NCBI GenBank assembly: GCA_964432675.1
Contig: CAYSOG010000003.1
Coordinates: 14,368 to 78,367, forward strand
Direction of reading: 5' to 3'
DNA: 64,000 bases
DNA from: an uncultured Gammaproteobacteria bacterium
GTDB taxonomy: Bacteria; Patescibacteriota; Microgenomatia; CAYSOG01
Shown: positions 9,561 to 19,308 of the stretch, piece by piece
Layout: each line of letters starts with the position of its first letter
Position numbering within the stretch: position 1 is the first letter of the stretch
Position numbers and translations under genes: made by a program
The notes under the pieces: generated by a model
What the model saw: only the letters and a program-made list of their open reading frames with translations
The model's database searches: none
What the model was told of the DNA's origin: nothing

Positions 9561-10190
9561 TTACAGCAAGTGTAAACGGTCTTTTTCGCTCTCCCACCAT
9601 AATGAGAGAAGCTGTAATTGCTTTTCTATACGATCAAAAAGTAAATCCGGATGACCAGTAGAAACTATTGGCCGTTCCTCAAGCATGAGTTTTTTCCAGT
9701 CGGCGTAGGGTATCCTATGGCCATACTGATCACCAAGTGCCTCTCCCATCCAAGTAGCACCAACTATGCCCAGAAGTGGCGGATCATTCATATCCTCATT
9801 GAGAAACGAAAATTCTTCAGCAATTTCTTCAGGCAGCGGCTCGATGTTATTTCGACCAAGCAGCTCGACAACATACGGATACTGACTTTCAGGCTGTAAT
9901 TTTATTTCTGCTTGGATGTTGTACGTTTCATTGTCGCCATCAGTAATAATGCGCGATTGTTCTTCAACGAACGGCATATACCCTGCTTCTACAATGATAG
10001 AAAGTGCTAACTCTTGTTTTTCTTTCAATTCAGAGTCGAGTACAACTATCCAAACTCCTCCAGGCACTTCAATATGCGCGTATGTTACAGACATAATACG
10101 CCCAAGTAGTGTTGCAATATCAACCAATGGCGTAGCAGCCCGGATTGGGATGCGAAATGAAAAGTTTGCCGGTATGGCGCCATTACTCAT
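9561..10190 (-). CDS. hypothetical acidic protein
   Basis: A 209-aa ORF with no recognisable motif and a markedly acidic C-terminal half. Coding potential is supported by its length and by the absence of a better ORF on the other strand. Confidence 0.45.
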   Translation of the reverse strand: MSNGAIPANFSFRIPIRAATPLVDIATLLGRIMSVTYAHIEVPGGVWIVVLDSELKEKQELALSIIVEAGYMPFVEEQSRIITDGDNETYNIQAEIKLQPESQYPYVVELLGRNNIEPLPEEIAEEFSFLNEDMNDPPLLGIVGATWMGEALGDQYGHRIPYADWKKLMLEERPIVSTGHPDLLFDRIEKQLQLLSLWWESEKDRLHLL

Positions 10191-10346
10191 TTGCTTTAAT
10201 CCTTCCGTTTAGATACCGTTTGCCATGAAAAGTACAATGCAGGAAAATCCTGTAGCGTTATTATAGCGTTGTATGTATAGAAATAATAGGATCGTAGACG
10301 AGAAGTAAAAACTAAGAAGATGAAATCTCATGAGTGACACTAAACC

Positions 10347-10383
10347 CAAAGACCAACAAATGGATTAGGTTGGTCTTTGGGTA
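10347..10383 (-). terminator. perfect 13-bp stem-loop (CCCAAAGACCAAC-N11-GTTGGTCTTTGGG) downstream of the small ORF; possible terminator or antisense-RNA element
   Basis: Seen directly in the sequence. Only a weak U-tract (TTTAG) follows on the minus strand. Confidence 0.3.
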
Positions 10384-10410
10384 AATAATCTCACATCAAA
10401 ATAAGTGTTT

Positions 10411-10503
10411 GACTGGTTTTCCTTAAAACACATGCGTCAGTACCCAAAAAAGTACTAAGAGTATGACAGGTACACCTACGAACCAAGCAACTAAGTATCC
10501 CAT
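10411..10503 (-). CDS. 30-aa hydrophobic single-TM peptide (MGYLVAWFVGVPVILLVLFWVLTHVF) with a perfect SD; candidate type-I-toxin-like or small membrane peptide
   Basis: ATG at 10503-10501 is preceded by AAGGAGG (complement of 10511-10517) with a 7-nt spacer. It is below the 60-aa threshold of the ORF track. It sits 77 nt downstream of the MFS gene and 28 nt upstream of the perfect hairpin. Confidence 0.35.
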
Positions 10504-10579
10504 ATTTGCCTCCTTTCCTTTATAAGCGTAGTTTACTAAAAGAGTAGTTAAGATTGTGTTAACAAGGCAATTAAACGTA

Positions 10580-11890
10580 TTAGCGGATACGAATGCTTTC
10601 TACATTTTCGGCTTCTTCGGATTCCAAAAGGATATCTTCGGTTATTGGTTCATCTTTCTGGCGGTGCAGCGTCCACCAGCCAAACGCTGCGGCCGCGATC
10701 GCCGCAACACCCCCGATGGCCAAACCCCATCGCGGCCCAGCATTTTCACCAATAAAGCCGACAATCGGGCCGCCGATCGGGGTAGAACCTAAAAATGCCA
10801 CCGTCCACAACGACATGACCCGGCCGCGCATTTCGGGCGTCGACTCCAGTTGCAGGATGACATTGCCTAGGGTTGTAAAGGTAATCGAAAAGACACCAAC
10901 TACCACCATTGCCACAATGGCAAGCGGCAGTGTCGGCATAATTGCCGCCAGTAATATAGCAATGCCAAACACACAGGCCATAATTATTAGCATATGCGGC
11001 CCTGATTTTTTCAAATGCGCAGTCGACAACCCGCCAACTACCGCTCCTAAGCCCATCGCACCAGTTAACCAGGCGTAGGTTCCGGCTGTACCGTGGAAGG
11101 TAATACGGGCAATTATCGGCAAACTTACCTGGAATTCATACGCCAATGTTCCGACAATGGCTAACATTATTAAGGTATCCCGCAATTTTGGTGTGTGCAA
11201 TATATACTTAAACCCTTCGGTGAGCTGGCCTTTAACTTGACCGACTCGAGGTGAAGCCTGAAGCGCGGCTGAATCCATTAATTTTAAGACTATCAAAAGC
11301 GCACCGAACGAAAGTCCGTTGATGATAAAGCACGGCGCTAAACCGATGGTACTAATTAAGACACCTGCAATGGCAGGGCCGATAACACGAGCCAAATTAA
11401 TTTCTGACGAATTCAACGTTATGGCATTTGCAAGGTTTTCATGGCCGACCATTTCGAGTGCAAAGGTCTGTCGTGTCGGGTTATCGACCGAGTTAACGAG
11501 ACCAATACATATGGCAATCACAAAAACCATCCATAACTGGACAGCACCACTGGCAACTAACAATCCCAAGGTTAACGCAACAATACCCATCAATGCCTGC
11601 GTCACATATAAAATATTGCGTTTTGGCAGCCGGTCGGTTATAACCCCACCGATAGGAGCGAAAAATAGAATCGGTAAAAACTGCGCGGCAATGACTAAAC
11701 CTAATATCGTCCCAGAATGCGTTAATTCCAGTACAAGCCATGCTAACCCAACCGTCTGCATCCAATTACCACTGAGTGATATTGCCTGTCCAATAAAGTA
11801 CAAACGATAATTTTTGATGCCTAATGAAGAAAACGTCTTTTGTAAGTGGTTTAAAATGATTTGCATTGTATGCTTACAGGTTCTCGCCAA
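10580..11890 (-). CDS. MFS transporter (12-TM, EntS/macrolide-efflux-like)
   Basis: Twelve to fourteen hydrophobic segments and the MFS signature region GQAISLSGNWMQTVGLAWLVL near the N-terminus. Confidence 0.8.
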   Translation of the reverse strand: MARTCKHTMQIILNHLQKTFSSLGIKNYRLYFIGQAISLSGNWMQTVGLAWLVLELTHSGTILGLVIAAQFLPILFFAPIGGVITDRLPKRNILYVTQALMGIVALTLGLLVASGAVQLWMVFVIAICIGLVNSVDNPTRQTFALEMVGHENLANAITLNSSEINLARVIGPAIAGVLISTIGLAPCFIINGLSFGALLIVLKLMDSAALQASPRVGQVKGQLTEGFKYILHTPKLRDTLIMLAIVGTLAYEFQVSLPIIARITFHGTAGTYAWLTGAMGLGAVVGGLSTAHLKKSGPHMLIIMACVFGIAILLAAIMPTLPLAIVAMVVVGVFSITFTTLGNVILQLESTPEMRGRVMSLWTVAFLGSTPIGGPIVGFIGENAGPRWGLAIGGVAAIAAAAFGWWTLHRQKDEPITEDILLESEEAENVESIRIR

Positions 11891-11931
11891 CCTTTCAATT
11901 TTATCACAGAAAAACCAAGATGACGGCAGTA

Positions 11932-13659
11932 TTAGTGAAGATTTAAATCAAGTGATTTATTTTGTGTAAGCTGGGAATAAACGTATGATGTATCTTGATT
12001 TGGATATAAAGCATATGCATTGCCAGCCGCAATAACGGCCTCATCTTTTTTTCCTAATTGGTAATCAGCAATCGCCAATAGGAACCATAATTTACCATTA
12101 TAAGGTAATTTCTTGACTGCATTTGCGGTAAATACTTGTGCTGAAGCTGTACTGTCATGGAAAAGTAAGTCTTGGGCTAAATTCTCATAGGCTAAATAGT
12201 AATCTGAGCGCTGTAGCGTTTGGCGGTAAAGCTCTTCTGCTTCTGGATATTTGCCTTCATGATCATAAACGGCACCAAGGTTGTTATAGGCAAAATACCA
12301 CTTTGGTTGTAGCTGTATTGACCGCTCAAAATGGCCTTTTGCTTGTTCAGTTTGACCAGCCCGAAATAATTCCACCCCGAAATTATTTTCCAGGTCAAAA
12401 CTATTTTTGACAATCTTACTGTCATGGCTATACAGCGTTAACCCATTGTGCCAATTGCTATTACGGACAATGGTCCTAATTGCAAATACAGTGATAATAA
12501 GACAAGTACACATAATCATTGGGGCCAATAACCGTCGTTTCGCTAAAATCCACCAGCATAATTGGGCTAAAACAAACAGTAGACCAATGGCAGGAAAATA
12601 AAACCAACGCTCAGCGATTGTCATATCAAGTGGAAACACGTTACTGATTAAGGCAAAACCGGTGGCGAACCAAATAATGCCAAAAAAGAGAAGTTTTGAT
12701 CGCTTCATCCAGGCCAAATATAATCCTGATACAAAAAATGACAGGACAATGAGGAGAGGTATTAAAAATCCAAATAGGCTTGGCCTCGAAACAACAAAAT
12801 GCTGGGAAATTGCAAGCTTATCTGGGAATATAAATATTCGAAGATAATCCAATATTTCCATGGGAACAGTCATTAACCTTGCTACCAAAGGCGCTTCACT
12901 TATCGGCGCAAATTCGGGGTGGCGGATCGATGTTTGTACTAAAAGTAACCGTACATAAAAATAGATGACCGAAGAAGTTGTAAACCCGACCAGATAATAT
13001 TTTACCTGTTGCCTTTTATATAACCAAACGAATACGAGAAAAATGGGAAGAGCAGTAATAGACAACTCTCCATAAAGCAGTCCCACAATTAGCAGCAAAC
13101 AAACAATTACAGTCCGAATATAAGTAATTTTTGCGGCTGAAAACATAAGCCACAAAGCCAAAAGATTAAAAAACATCAACATGACATAGTGCAGCGATGC
13201 AATATAACTTACCGCCTCGACAAACGCCGGATGGACTACAAAAATAGCACTTATAATGAAACTAACGAGCCTAGATTTTACATCAGAAAGTGGTAGTAAC
13301 CTTGTGAGGATCAAATAGAGCAAAACTGCATTTGCAATGTGAAAGGAGAATTGAAATAAATGGAAACCAAAAGCGTGGTCGCTAAAAATAACATACAACA
13401 GCATGTAATTTAACGTTAATAACGGACGGAAAAACCAGCCGGAAAGTCCCGCTCCGCCAGTATTAAACGTGCCGCCAGAAAAAACCTGGCCAATATTTGC
13501 TAGGCTATGTACGATCGTGTTATTAACAATCTGCTCTTCATCGTCCCAAACAAAACCGTTAAACAAGGTATTAAAGTAGGCCAAAAGGCCAAAAGTAACA
13601 AGCAAAAGGATTGCTCTTGTTGTTGATAACCATTGGGTTACTCGCTCATACAAATCCAT
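11932..13659 (-). CDS. membrane protein: N-terminal PMT_2/TMTC-like (DUF1736) glycosyltransferase-like multi-TM domain plus C-terminal TPR repeats
   Basis: YFNTLFNGFVWDDEEQIVNN motif near the N-terminus, about 10 TM helices, and C-terminal TPR-like repeats (AKGHFERSIQLQPKWYFAYNNLGAVYDHEGKYPEAEELY...). Confidence 0.7.
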   Translation of the reverse strand: MDLYERVTQWLSTTRAILLLVTFGLLAYFNTLFNGFVWDDEEQIVNNTIVHSLANIGQVFSGGTFNTGGAGLSGWFFRPLLTLNYMLLYVIFSDHAFGFHLFQFSFHIANAVLLYLILTRLLPLSDVKSRLVSFIISAIFVVHPAFVEAVSYIASLHYVMLMFFNLLALWLMFSAAKITYIRTVIVCLLLIVGLLYGELSITALPIFLVFVWLYKRQQVKYYLVGFTTSSVIYFYVRLLLVQTSIRHPEFAPISEAPLVARLMTVPMEILDYLRIFIFPDKLAISQHFVVSRPSLFGFLIPLLIVLSFFVSGLYLAWMKRSKLLFFGIIWFATGFALISNVFPLDMTIAERWFYFPAIGLLFVLAQLCWWILAKRRLLAPMIMCTCLIITVFAIRTIVRNSNWHNGLTLYSHDSKIVKNSFDLENNFGVELFRAGQTEQAKGHFERSIQLQPKWYFAYNNLGAVYDHEGKYPEAEELYRQTLQRSDYYLAYENLAQDLLFHDSTASAQVFTANAVKKLPYNGKLWFLLAIADYQLGKKDEAVIAAGNAYALYPNQDTSYVYSQLTQNKSLDLNLH

Positions 13660-13753
13660 ACAATAACCTTAATGGTAAAGGGGACGGGAAAGAAAAACAA
13701 CTTTGTGTACTTTGGATATATTGTGGTACAGCTTGGCTAAAGCAGCCTTCTAG

Positions 13754-14965
13754 TTAGTTGCGGTTTTGGCGAAGAAAGGTCGGGATATCAAACTCATCGT
13801 CATCTATATTGCCATTACCATTACTGCCGGTATTTTGGGCACCAACGTCAGCCCCGCTATTGATATTGGCCGGTGGAAAAGGATCATTACTTGTGGGTTG
13901 TATTGTTTCTACCTGCGTTGTTTGCGAGGAAGGCGTAAACACTGGCTGGGTCGGGTTTGGTGAGATTGGTGTCGGTGTACTAGGTTCACGCCATTGGCCT
14001 AAGCGTTGCCTTGTTTCATCAAAGCCAGTTGCAACGACGGTAATTTTTACCTGATCTACCATATTTTCGTCAATTGTCGCACCAAAAATAATATTCGCAT
14101 CAGGATCGGCCGCTTGCTGGATAACCCTAGCCGCTTCATCGACTTCGGTCATCGTTAAGTCATTACCGCCAATAATATTAAAGAGTATGCCACGTGCCCC
14201 TTCAATTGAGATTTCCAAAAGCGGTGAAGCAATGGCTGTTCGGGCTGCCGTTTGCGCCCGATTTTCGCCTGTCCCAGTGCCAATACCCATTAACGCAGAT
14301 CCAGCTTCATGCATAATGGCCTTCACATCGGCAAAGTCAACGTTAATCAACCCGGGCATAACGATAAGGTCTGAAATACCTTGCACACCCTGACCTAGCA
14401 CGGAATCAGCCACTCTAAAAGCATCGATGAGAGTCATTTTACGGTCAACGACATCGAGCAATCGTTGGTTCGGTATAACAATGAGCGTATCAACTTTGTC
14501 TTTGAGGTTTTCTATACCATCTTCGGCAGCGAGCATTCTTCGAGTGCCTTCAAATCCGAACGGCTTGGTAACAACACCAACAGTTAATGCCCCGACATCT
14601 TTGGCTATTTTTGCAACGACAGGTGTGGCACCTGTTCCTGTGCCGCCACCCATACCACATGTTAGAAAAACCATGTCGGCACCAGTTAGCATACTTTGGA
14701 TTTTCTCAGCCGATTCCTCTGCTGCTTGTTTGCCGACTTCAGGATCACCACCGGAACCGAGGCCGCGGGTAAAATTTTCACCAATTTGAATTTTTTCAGG
14801 AGCCTGTGAAGTAAGTAAAGCTTGGGCATCAGTGTTTATAGCAATAAATTCAACACCTTGGATATTCTGAAGTTGGATCATGGAGTTTAACGCATTGCCA
14901 CCACCACCGCCTATACCGATAACACGGATTTTTGCAAAACGAGCAATATCTGGTTTGATCAACAT
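13754..14965 (-). CDS. ftsZ: cell division GTPase FtsZ
   Basis: Tubulin signature GGGTGTG, T7 loop NxDFAD, a Pro/Thr-rich linker and a conserved C-terminal peptide (DIPTFLRQ). Confidence 0.95.
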   Translation of the reverse strand: MLIKPDIARFAKIRVIGIGGGGGNALNSMIQLQNIQGVEFIAINTDAQALLTSQAPEKIQIGENFTRGLGSGGDPEVGKQAAEESAEKIQSMLTGADMVFLTCGMGGGTGTGATPVVAKIAKDVGALTVGVVTKPFGFEGTRRMLAAEDGIENLKDKVDTLIVIPNQRLLDVVDRKMTLIDAFRVADSVLGQGVQGISDLIVMPGLINVDFADVKAIMHEAGSALMGIGTGTGENRAQTAARTAIASPLLEISIEGARGILFNIIGGNDLTMTEVDEAARVIQQAADPDANIIFGATIDENMVDQVKITVVATGFDETRQRLGQWREPSTPTPISPNPTQPVFTPSSQTTQVETIQPTSNDPFPPANINSGADVGAQNTGSNGNGNIDDDEFDIPTFLRQNRN

Positions 14966-15020
14966 ACTGTCAAATGTCCTAAATCGAGTATTTTCTTGTT
15001 CCCCGTAAAATCTGAACTTA

Positions 15021-15062
15021 CCAGTGATTATATCGCAGATAAGCAGGCGATGTATTCACTGG
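15021..15062. repeat. imperfect 16-bp inverted repeat (CCAGTGATTATATCGC-N10-GCGATGTATTCACTGG) in the ftsZ 5' region
   Basis: 13 of 16 positions are complementary. GTGATTATA also recurs at 15064-15072. Confidence 0.5.
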
Positions 15063-15066
15063 CGTG

Positions 15067-15095
15067 ATTATAGCATGCGTGTCTAATTAGCACAA
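15067..15095 (-). promoter_or_regulatory. candidate sigma70 promoter of ftsZ (TTGTGC-N17-TATAAT)
   Basis: The -10 TATAAT is the complement of 15067-15072 and the -35 TTGTGC is the complement of 15090-15095, about 100 nt upstream of the ftsZ ATG. Confidence 0.3.
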
Positions 15096-15120
15096 ACACG
15101 AAATGTGAAGGGAAATAACA

Positions 15121-15150
15121 CCAGTTTTTGATGAGAACTGGCAAACTCAA
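15121..15150. repeat. copy 1 of a roughly 30-bp motif (CCAGTTTTTGATGAGAACTGGCAAACTCAA); copy 2 is at 15583-15612
   Basis: About 26 of 30 positions are identical between the two copies. The minus-strand reading is TTGCCAGTTCTC(A/T)T(C/G)AAAAA(C/T)TG..TTATTT. The copies flank the 15165-15467 gene. Confidence 0.6.
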
Positions 15151-15164
15151 AAAGTACAGCCAAC

Positions 15165-15467
15165 TTAGCTGAAACGTAAAACAGCATCATAGCCGCTTTC
15201 ACCCGGGATATAGGTAACTATCCAGCCGGCTTTATGGTATACCGCGGTTAAATATTTAATAACTGCGTTTTTAGGATATCCGCCCCGCCTAGTCGAATTA
15301 CGGACCACATTCCGCATTGTAGTGAGGCTTATTTCGACTGCAATATTGTCGCTGAGTTCATTGTTATAATATTCAGTCAAAATGCCATCGATATATTGTT
15401 CGACATTCTTTGCATATGCAAGTTCCGCTGCAGAGAGTTGCAGAATATCCAGCTTGTTCACCGCCAT
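15165..15467 (-). CDS. hypothetical 100-aa protein inserted between ftsA and ftsZ
   Basis: A perfect SD AGGAGG lies 6 nt upstream of ATG (cataAGGAGGctgtcATG). It has its own candidate promoter and is flanked by the repeated 30-bp motif. No known motif. Confidence 0.5.
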   Translation of the reverse strand: MAVNKLDILQLSAAELAYAKNVEQYIDGILTEYYNNELSDNIAVEISLTTMRNVVRNSTRRGGYPKNAVIKYLTAVYHKAGWIVTYIPGESGYDAVLRFS

Positions 15468-15526
15468 GACAGCCTCCTTATGCTGTTGATAGCATCAGCC
15501 TGTTACCCTTTCAATGTGCACAGCGG

Positions 15527-15555
15527 ATTGTATCAAACAACACAAAGTAGAACAA
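15527..15555 (-). promoter_or_regulatory. candidate promoter for the 15165-15467 gene (TTGTTC-N17-TACAAT)
   Basis: Read from the minus strand; located about 60 nt upstream of the start codon. Confidence 0.3.
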
Positions 15556-15582
15556 TAACTTGTGGCATTGAGAAATAAAAGC

Positions 15583-15612
15583 AATTTTTCAAGAGAACTG
15601 GCAAACCCAGAG
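15583..15612. repeat. copy 2 of the roughly 30-bp motif (GCAATTTTTCAAGAGAACTGGCAAACCCAG)
   Basis: See copy 1; it carries the shared core GAGAACTGGCAAAC. Confidence 0.6.
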
Positions 15613-15677
15613 GTAACGATAACATGATTATCAGAATTAGTCTATCTGAAAGTAGGTGTATCTTTAACTCTAAGCCG

Positions 15678-17006
15678 TCAAGGAAGAAGTGATTTGATGA
15701 GGTCGGTGATTTTTTTGATGATACCACCCGGGGAAAATGGGATGGATTTGAAGTTGACTGTGGGGAATGGCCGACCTGCGTGTTCTTCTGCTTCTTGGCG
15801 GGCGGCATAAAGTATCAGACCAATTGAAGTAGAATAAGCAGGATGCATAATTTCATCGATTAGGCCCGAGACACCTTGCGGTGTACCAAGCCTAACTGGC
15901 ATTGCCAATACAGACTTACATGATTCCACAATACCAATAGTATCTGCTCCACCACCGGTTAAAACAATGCCCGATGGCGTTAACCCTCCTAGGCCAGATC
16001 GTTTGACTTCATTCAATACTACTCGAAAAATTTCGTTTAAACGCAACTTGATAATACCGTCGACTAATGTTTTCCTTGAAACTTTCGTTAGACCTTCAGC
16101 TTGTACGCCAAGCGCCGCTAAGTCAATTTCATCTTCACGTTTTCTTTTTTCAGCCAGTGACTCTCGTGTCATTTTGGTTGTATCTTCGGCTTCCTCTTGC
16201 GGATATGTTACTAATTTGGGTTGCCGAGATAATGCAATCTTGATTTGTTCTGCCGTTTCTAAGCTCACTCGAAGCCCTATTGCCATGTCGTTGGTAACGT
16301 TCTTCGCCCCAATTGGCAAAACCACAGAATGCGCTAGGGCACTTTCAACATACATACTCAGTTCGGTAGCGCCACCGCCTAAATCAACCAGTATAACTCC
16401 AAGTTCCTTTTCCGTATCTGACAATACGGCCTGGGCACTTGCAAGACCGCTAAAGACAAGACCTTCTACGTCAACGCCAACTTCTGACATTACTTTAACT
16501 AAGTTTCTTAAGGCGGTTGTCGAACCGGTAATAATATGCGTTTCAACTTCGAGTCTAATACCGGTCATGCCGACTGGATCTTTAATGCCTTCCTGGCCAT
16601 CAACAGTAAATTGTCGTGGTAAGACATGGATGATTTCCCTTGAAGACGGTAAGGAAACTGCCCTGGCCGCCTCTAATACTCGGGCAACATCACTTTCAGT
16701 TATTTCAGCTTCAGGGTCTGCTACTGCCACAACACCGCGGGAATTTTGTGACTGGATTTGGGTCCCGGAAACTGAAACGAAAGCACGCTCAACAGAATAC
16801 CCTGCCATGCGTTCTGCAGCTTCAAGGCTTTCGGTGATGGCAAGAACTGTTTCTTCAATATCAACAACCTGGCCTTTCCTCAGCCCTCGTGAAGTAACTG
16901 ACGAAGAACCAATAATATTGATCCTACCGTCTTCCATAATACTGGCAATAAGGGTGGTAATTTTCGAGGAGCCAACGTCAATACCTGTTATATAACGATC
17001 CTTCAT
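15678..17006 (-). CDS. ftsA: cell division protein FtsA
   Basis: Actin/HSP70 fold motifs (ITGIDVGSSKIT; VDLGGGAT; GIVLTGGGA) and a C-terminal amphipathic tail. Confidence 0.9.
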   Translation of the reverse strand: MKDRYITGIDVGSSKITTLIASIMEDGRINIIGSSSVTSRGLRKGQVVDIEETVLAITESLEAAERMAGYSVERAFVSVSGTQIQSQNSRGVVAVADPEAEITESDVARVLEAARAVSLPSSREIIHVLPRQFTVDGQEGIKDPVGMTGIRLEVETHIITGSTTALRNLVKVMSEVGVDVEGLVFSGLASAQAVLSDTEKELGVILVDLGGGATELSMYVESALAHSVVLPIGAKNVTNDMAIGLRVSLETAEQIKIALSRQPKLVTYPQEEAEDTTKMTRESLAEKRKREDEIDLAALGVQAEGLTKVSRKTLVDGIIKLRLNEIFRVVLNEVKRSGLGGLTPSGIVLTGGGADTIGIVESCKSVLAMPVRLGTPQGVSGLIDEIMHPAYSTSIGLILYAARQEAEEHAGRPFPTVNFKSIPFSPGGIIKKITDLIKSLLP

Positions 17007-17112
17007 AAATATATCACTATGTAAAAATCAAGATGCAAAATTATGAATTAAAATGCAAAATGGGTATCTACCTTACAACAAAGATGTGATCATATCATTT
17101 AATATTTGCACA

Positions 17113-18120
17113 TTAATTTCTAATAATCATTATGGTCGGTTTGTTAAAGCGAACATCGATTTTGCCGATCTTCTTCTTATCTATTTTAGAGCTAGCTAAA
17201 ATGATTTGTAAAGCATCAACTTGTTGTTTGGCCGGCTTTTTTGATGAAAATACAACCAAAATACCATCATCGGTTGTGCCTTCGAAGCTCTGGCCGGGAA
17301 TATTCTGTATCGAAGGTAACTGATTATTAAAATTGTCAAATTCCCTCATTTTAAACGCTTTATGCTCACTTTCAGTAATAATGTTAAGGGCTGTCTGAAT
17401 ATAGGCATCGGTTAATTTGGTACCAAGTACTATGTTTTCTATAGAAAGGTAAAAGACCGTTGGTGCTGATAATGCCTGTAACTGTGCGCTCGTTGTGCTT
17501 GGATTAGCATTATAGAATGGATCGCCACTTTCAATACGGGCAAAGGCGACAGCATGGCTATCAATGTAATACTGATCATATTGCATCTTGGTAATTGTTG
17601 CAGAAACCGTTGCCGTTACCGTTGCATTTGGTGTCTCTTGAGCCTGGTCCGTTGTCGTTTGCTGCCTTACAATAATAAGCTGTGCTACAGCTTGCCGTTT
17701 ATCAACACTAACCTTCAGTGTAGACGGAAATTGGCGACTAATAACCAAATGGTCAGCCTGGGGATATTTTTTGGCAAGTTGTTTTGCAAGTGAATTAGTT
17801 GAGAGGAACAGCATATTCTTGCCTTTTTGCGCATTCAGGTCATTAACAAAAGCATCGGAGGTTGGAATACCCTCGATAACTACTTTCTCAACCGTAAAAA
17901 ATTGGAGATGAATAATACCAAAAAGAAGTAAAGTTAATCCGCCCAATAGAATAACTGATATTATTATTTTGCTGAATTTACCTTGTTTTGGCCGTTGGCG
18001 CGAAAATGCCGATCCGCTGCTGTCCCGGTTAGGTGTATCCTTTTTTGGCCATAGGCTTTTACTCGAACGTTTTTTAATTTTATAGCCGTAATTGGGTGCT
18101 TTCGTGTCTGAAATTGGCAT
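17113..18120 (-). CDS. ftsQ: FtsQ/DivIB-like cell division protein (basic N-terminal tail, one TM, POTRA-like domain)
   Basis: Position between murG and ftsA; a single TM segment (IISVILLGGLTLLLFGII); VEKVVIEGIPT... is POTRA-like. Confidence 0.6.
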   Translation of the reverse strand: MPISDTKAPNYGYKIKKRSSKSLWPKKDTPNRDSSGSAFSRQRPKQGKFSKIIISVILLGGLTLLLFGIIHLQFFTVEKVVIEGIPTSDAFVNDLNAQKGKNMLFLSTNSLAKQLAKKYPQADHLVISRQFPSTLKVSVDKRQAVAQLIIVRQQTTTDQAQETPNATVTATVSATITKMQYDQYYIDSHAVAFARIESGDPFYNANPSTTSAQLQALSAPTVFYLSIENIVLGTKLTDAYIQTALNIITESEHKAFKMREFDNFNNQLPSIQNIPGQSFEGTTDDGILVVFSSKKPAKQQVDALQIILASSKIDKKKIGKIDVRFNKPTIMIIRN

Positions 18121-18133
18121 GGGTAAAAGAAAC

Positions 18134-19264
18134 TTATGATGCTACAAGAGAGCGAATTTGGGTTGCAATATTTTCCGCTGCGTCAAGCTTAATAAGCTGT
18201 TTGGCCTGGCCAGCATTTTTTTGGTAATCATCATATTTTGCAACAATTGCCGTAATCGTCTGCATTAGCCGCTTGGTAAAATCATTACCCTGCAAAACAA
18301 TTTCGGCAGTACCTGCATTTTTTAATAGCGTTGCGTTTTCATATTGCTCATTTTTTTGCGCCCAAGGTAATGGAACGAGAATTGCCGTTTTTCCCAGTGC
18401 TGCAAGTTCACAAATTGTATTAGCGCCCGAGCGTGAAATAACCAGGCTCGCTTTTGCAAGTACTGCCCCAATGTCGCTAGAATGAACATACTCTATTGGC
18501 AGGTATCTTGGCTTAAGCTCACTAGATAAGGCTTGGATCGTATCATTTGCCTTTTGGTAATCATTATGTGCACTTTTTCCTGTTTGATGGAGAATTGCAA
18601 ATTTCATTAGTAAATCTGGTAATAAGCCAAAAATAGCTTGGTTGATGGCATGCGAGCCTTGATTGCCACCGGTAATATAGATGAGTGGTAATGCACAACG
18701 GTGTAAAAATTCCTTAATTTCACCATCTGCTGCGTTGCTTGCAAATATTTCCGGACGAATAGGATTTCCGGTTAAAATAGTCTTTTGGGCTGGGAAGTAC
18801 CGGCGGGAATTTTCCCATGAAATAGCCACAATAGTTGCAAACAAACTATTTATTTTGTTTGCAAGACCAGCGTGAACTGATTGCTCATGAGTCAAAATAG
18901 GAACTCGATACACCCACGCAGCAATGACCACAGGAACTGATAAATAACCACCGAAGGAAACAACAACCCGTGGCTTGATTCTGCGCAGCAAGAAAAATGC
19001 TTGGACAAAGCCGATCGGAATTTTTAAGAGGCTTGGAATTGTGTGGATCGTAAAAGCACGCTGTAATCGCCCTGTAGTTAAGAAATACACGGGTAGCCCC
19101 ATTTTCGCAAATTGGACTGATTCCTGTGATGGTGATTTATCTCCTTCCGTTGCATGTCTACGGGAAATAACAGCAAGTGATATATCAGGATCTTCCTGTA
19201 AGACATTGATCGTTGCCAAGAGCGGTGACATATGGCCGCCAATAAGTAATACCGTCTTCTTCAT
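18134..19264 (-). CDS. murG: UDP-GlcNAc:lipid I N-acetylglucosaminyltransferase MurG
   Basis: GT28 motifs LLIGGHMSPLLA, THEQSVHAGLANK and a C-terminal GGS/AxE region. Confidence 0.85.
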   Translation of the reverse strand: MKKTVLLIGGHMSPLLATINVLQEDPDISLAVISRRHATEGDKSPSQESVQFAKMGLPVYFLTTGRLQRAFTIHTIPSLLKIPIGFVQAFFLLRRIKPRVVVSFGGYLSVPVVIAAWVYRVPILTHEQSVHAGLANKINSLFATIVAISWENSRRYFPAQKTILTGNPIRPEIFASNAADGEIKEFLHRCALPLIYITGGNQGSHAINQAIFGLLPDLLMKFAILHQTGKSAHNDYQKANDTIQALSSELKPRYLPIEYVHSSDIGAVLAKASLVISRSGANTICELAALGKTAILVPLPWAQKNEQYENATLLKNAGTAEIVLQGNDFTKRLMQTITAIVAKYDDYQKNAGQAKQLIKLDAAENIATQIRSLVAS

Positions 19265-19308
19265 TACTATTATTGTACATGATGAATCACCAGAAATAGG
19301 AGAGTAGA

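Noticed and set aside
10593-11078. 161-aa + strand ORF (also 11319..11810 +)
   Set aside because: Antisense to the MFS transporter gene; Ala/Pro/Ile-rich shadow translation of the hydrophobic codons.
15967-16995. 342-aa + strand ORF
   Set aside because: It lies entirely antisense to ftsA, which has unmistakable actin-fold motifs. The + strand product is Ser/Thr/Pro-rich low complexity, typical of a shadow ORF.
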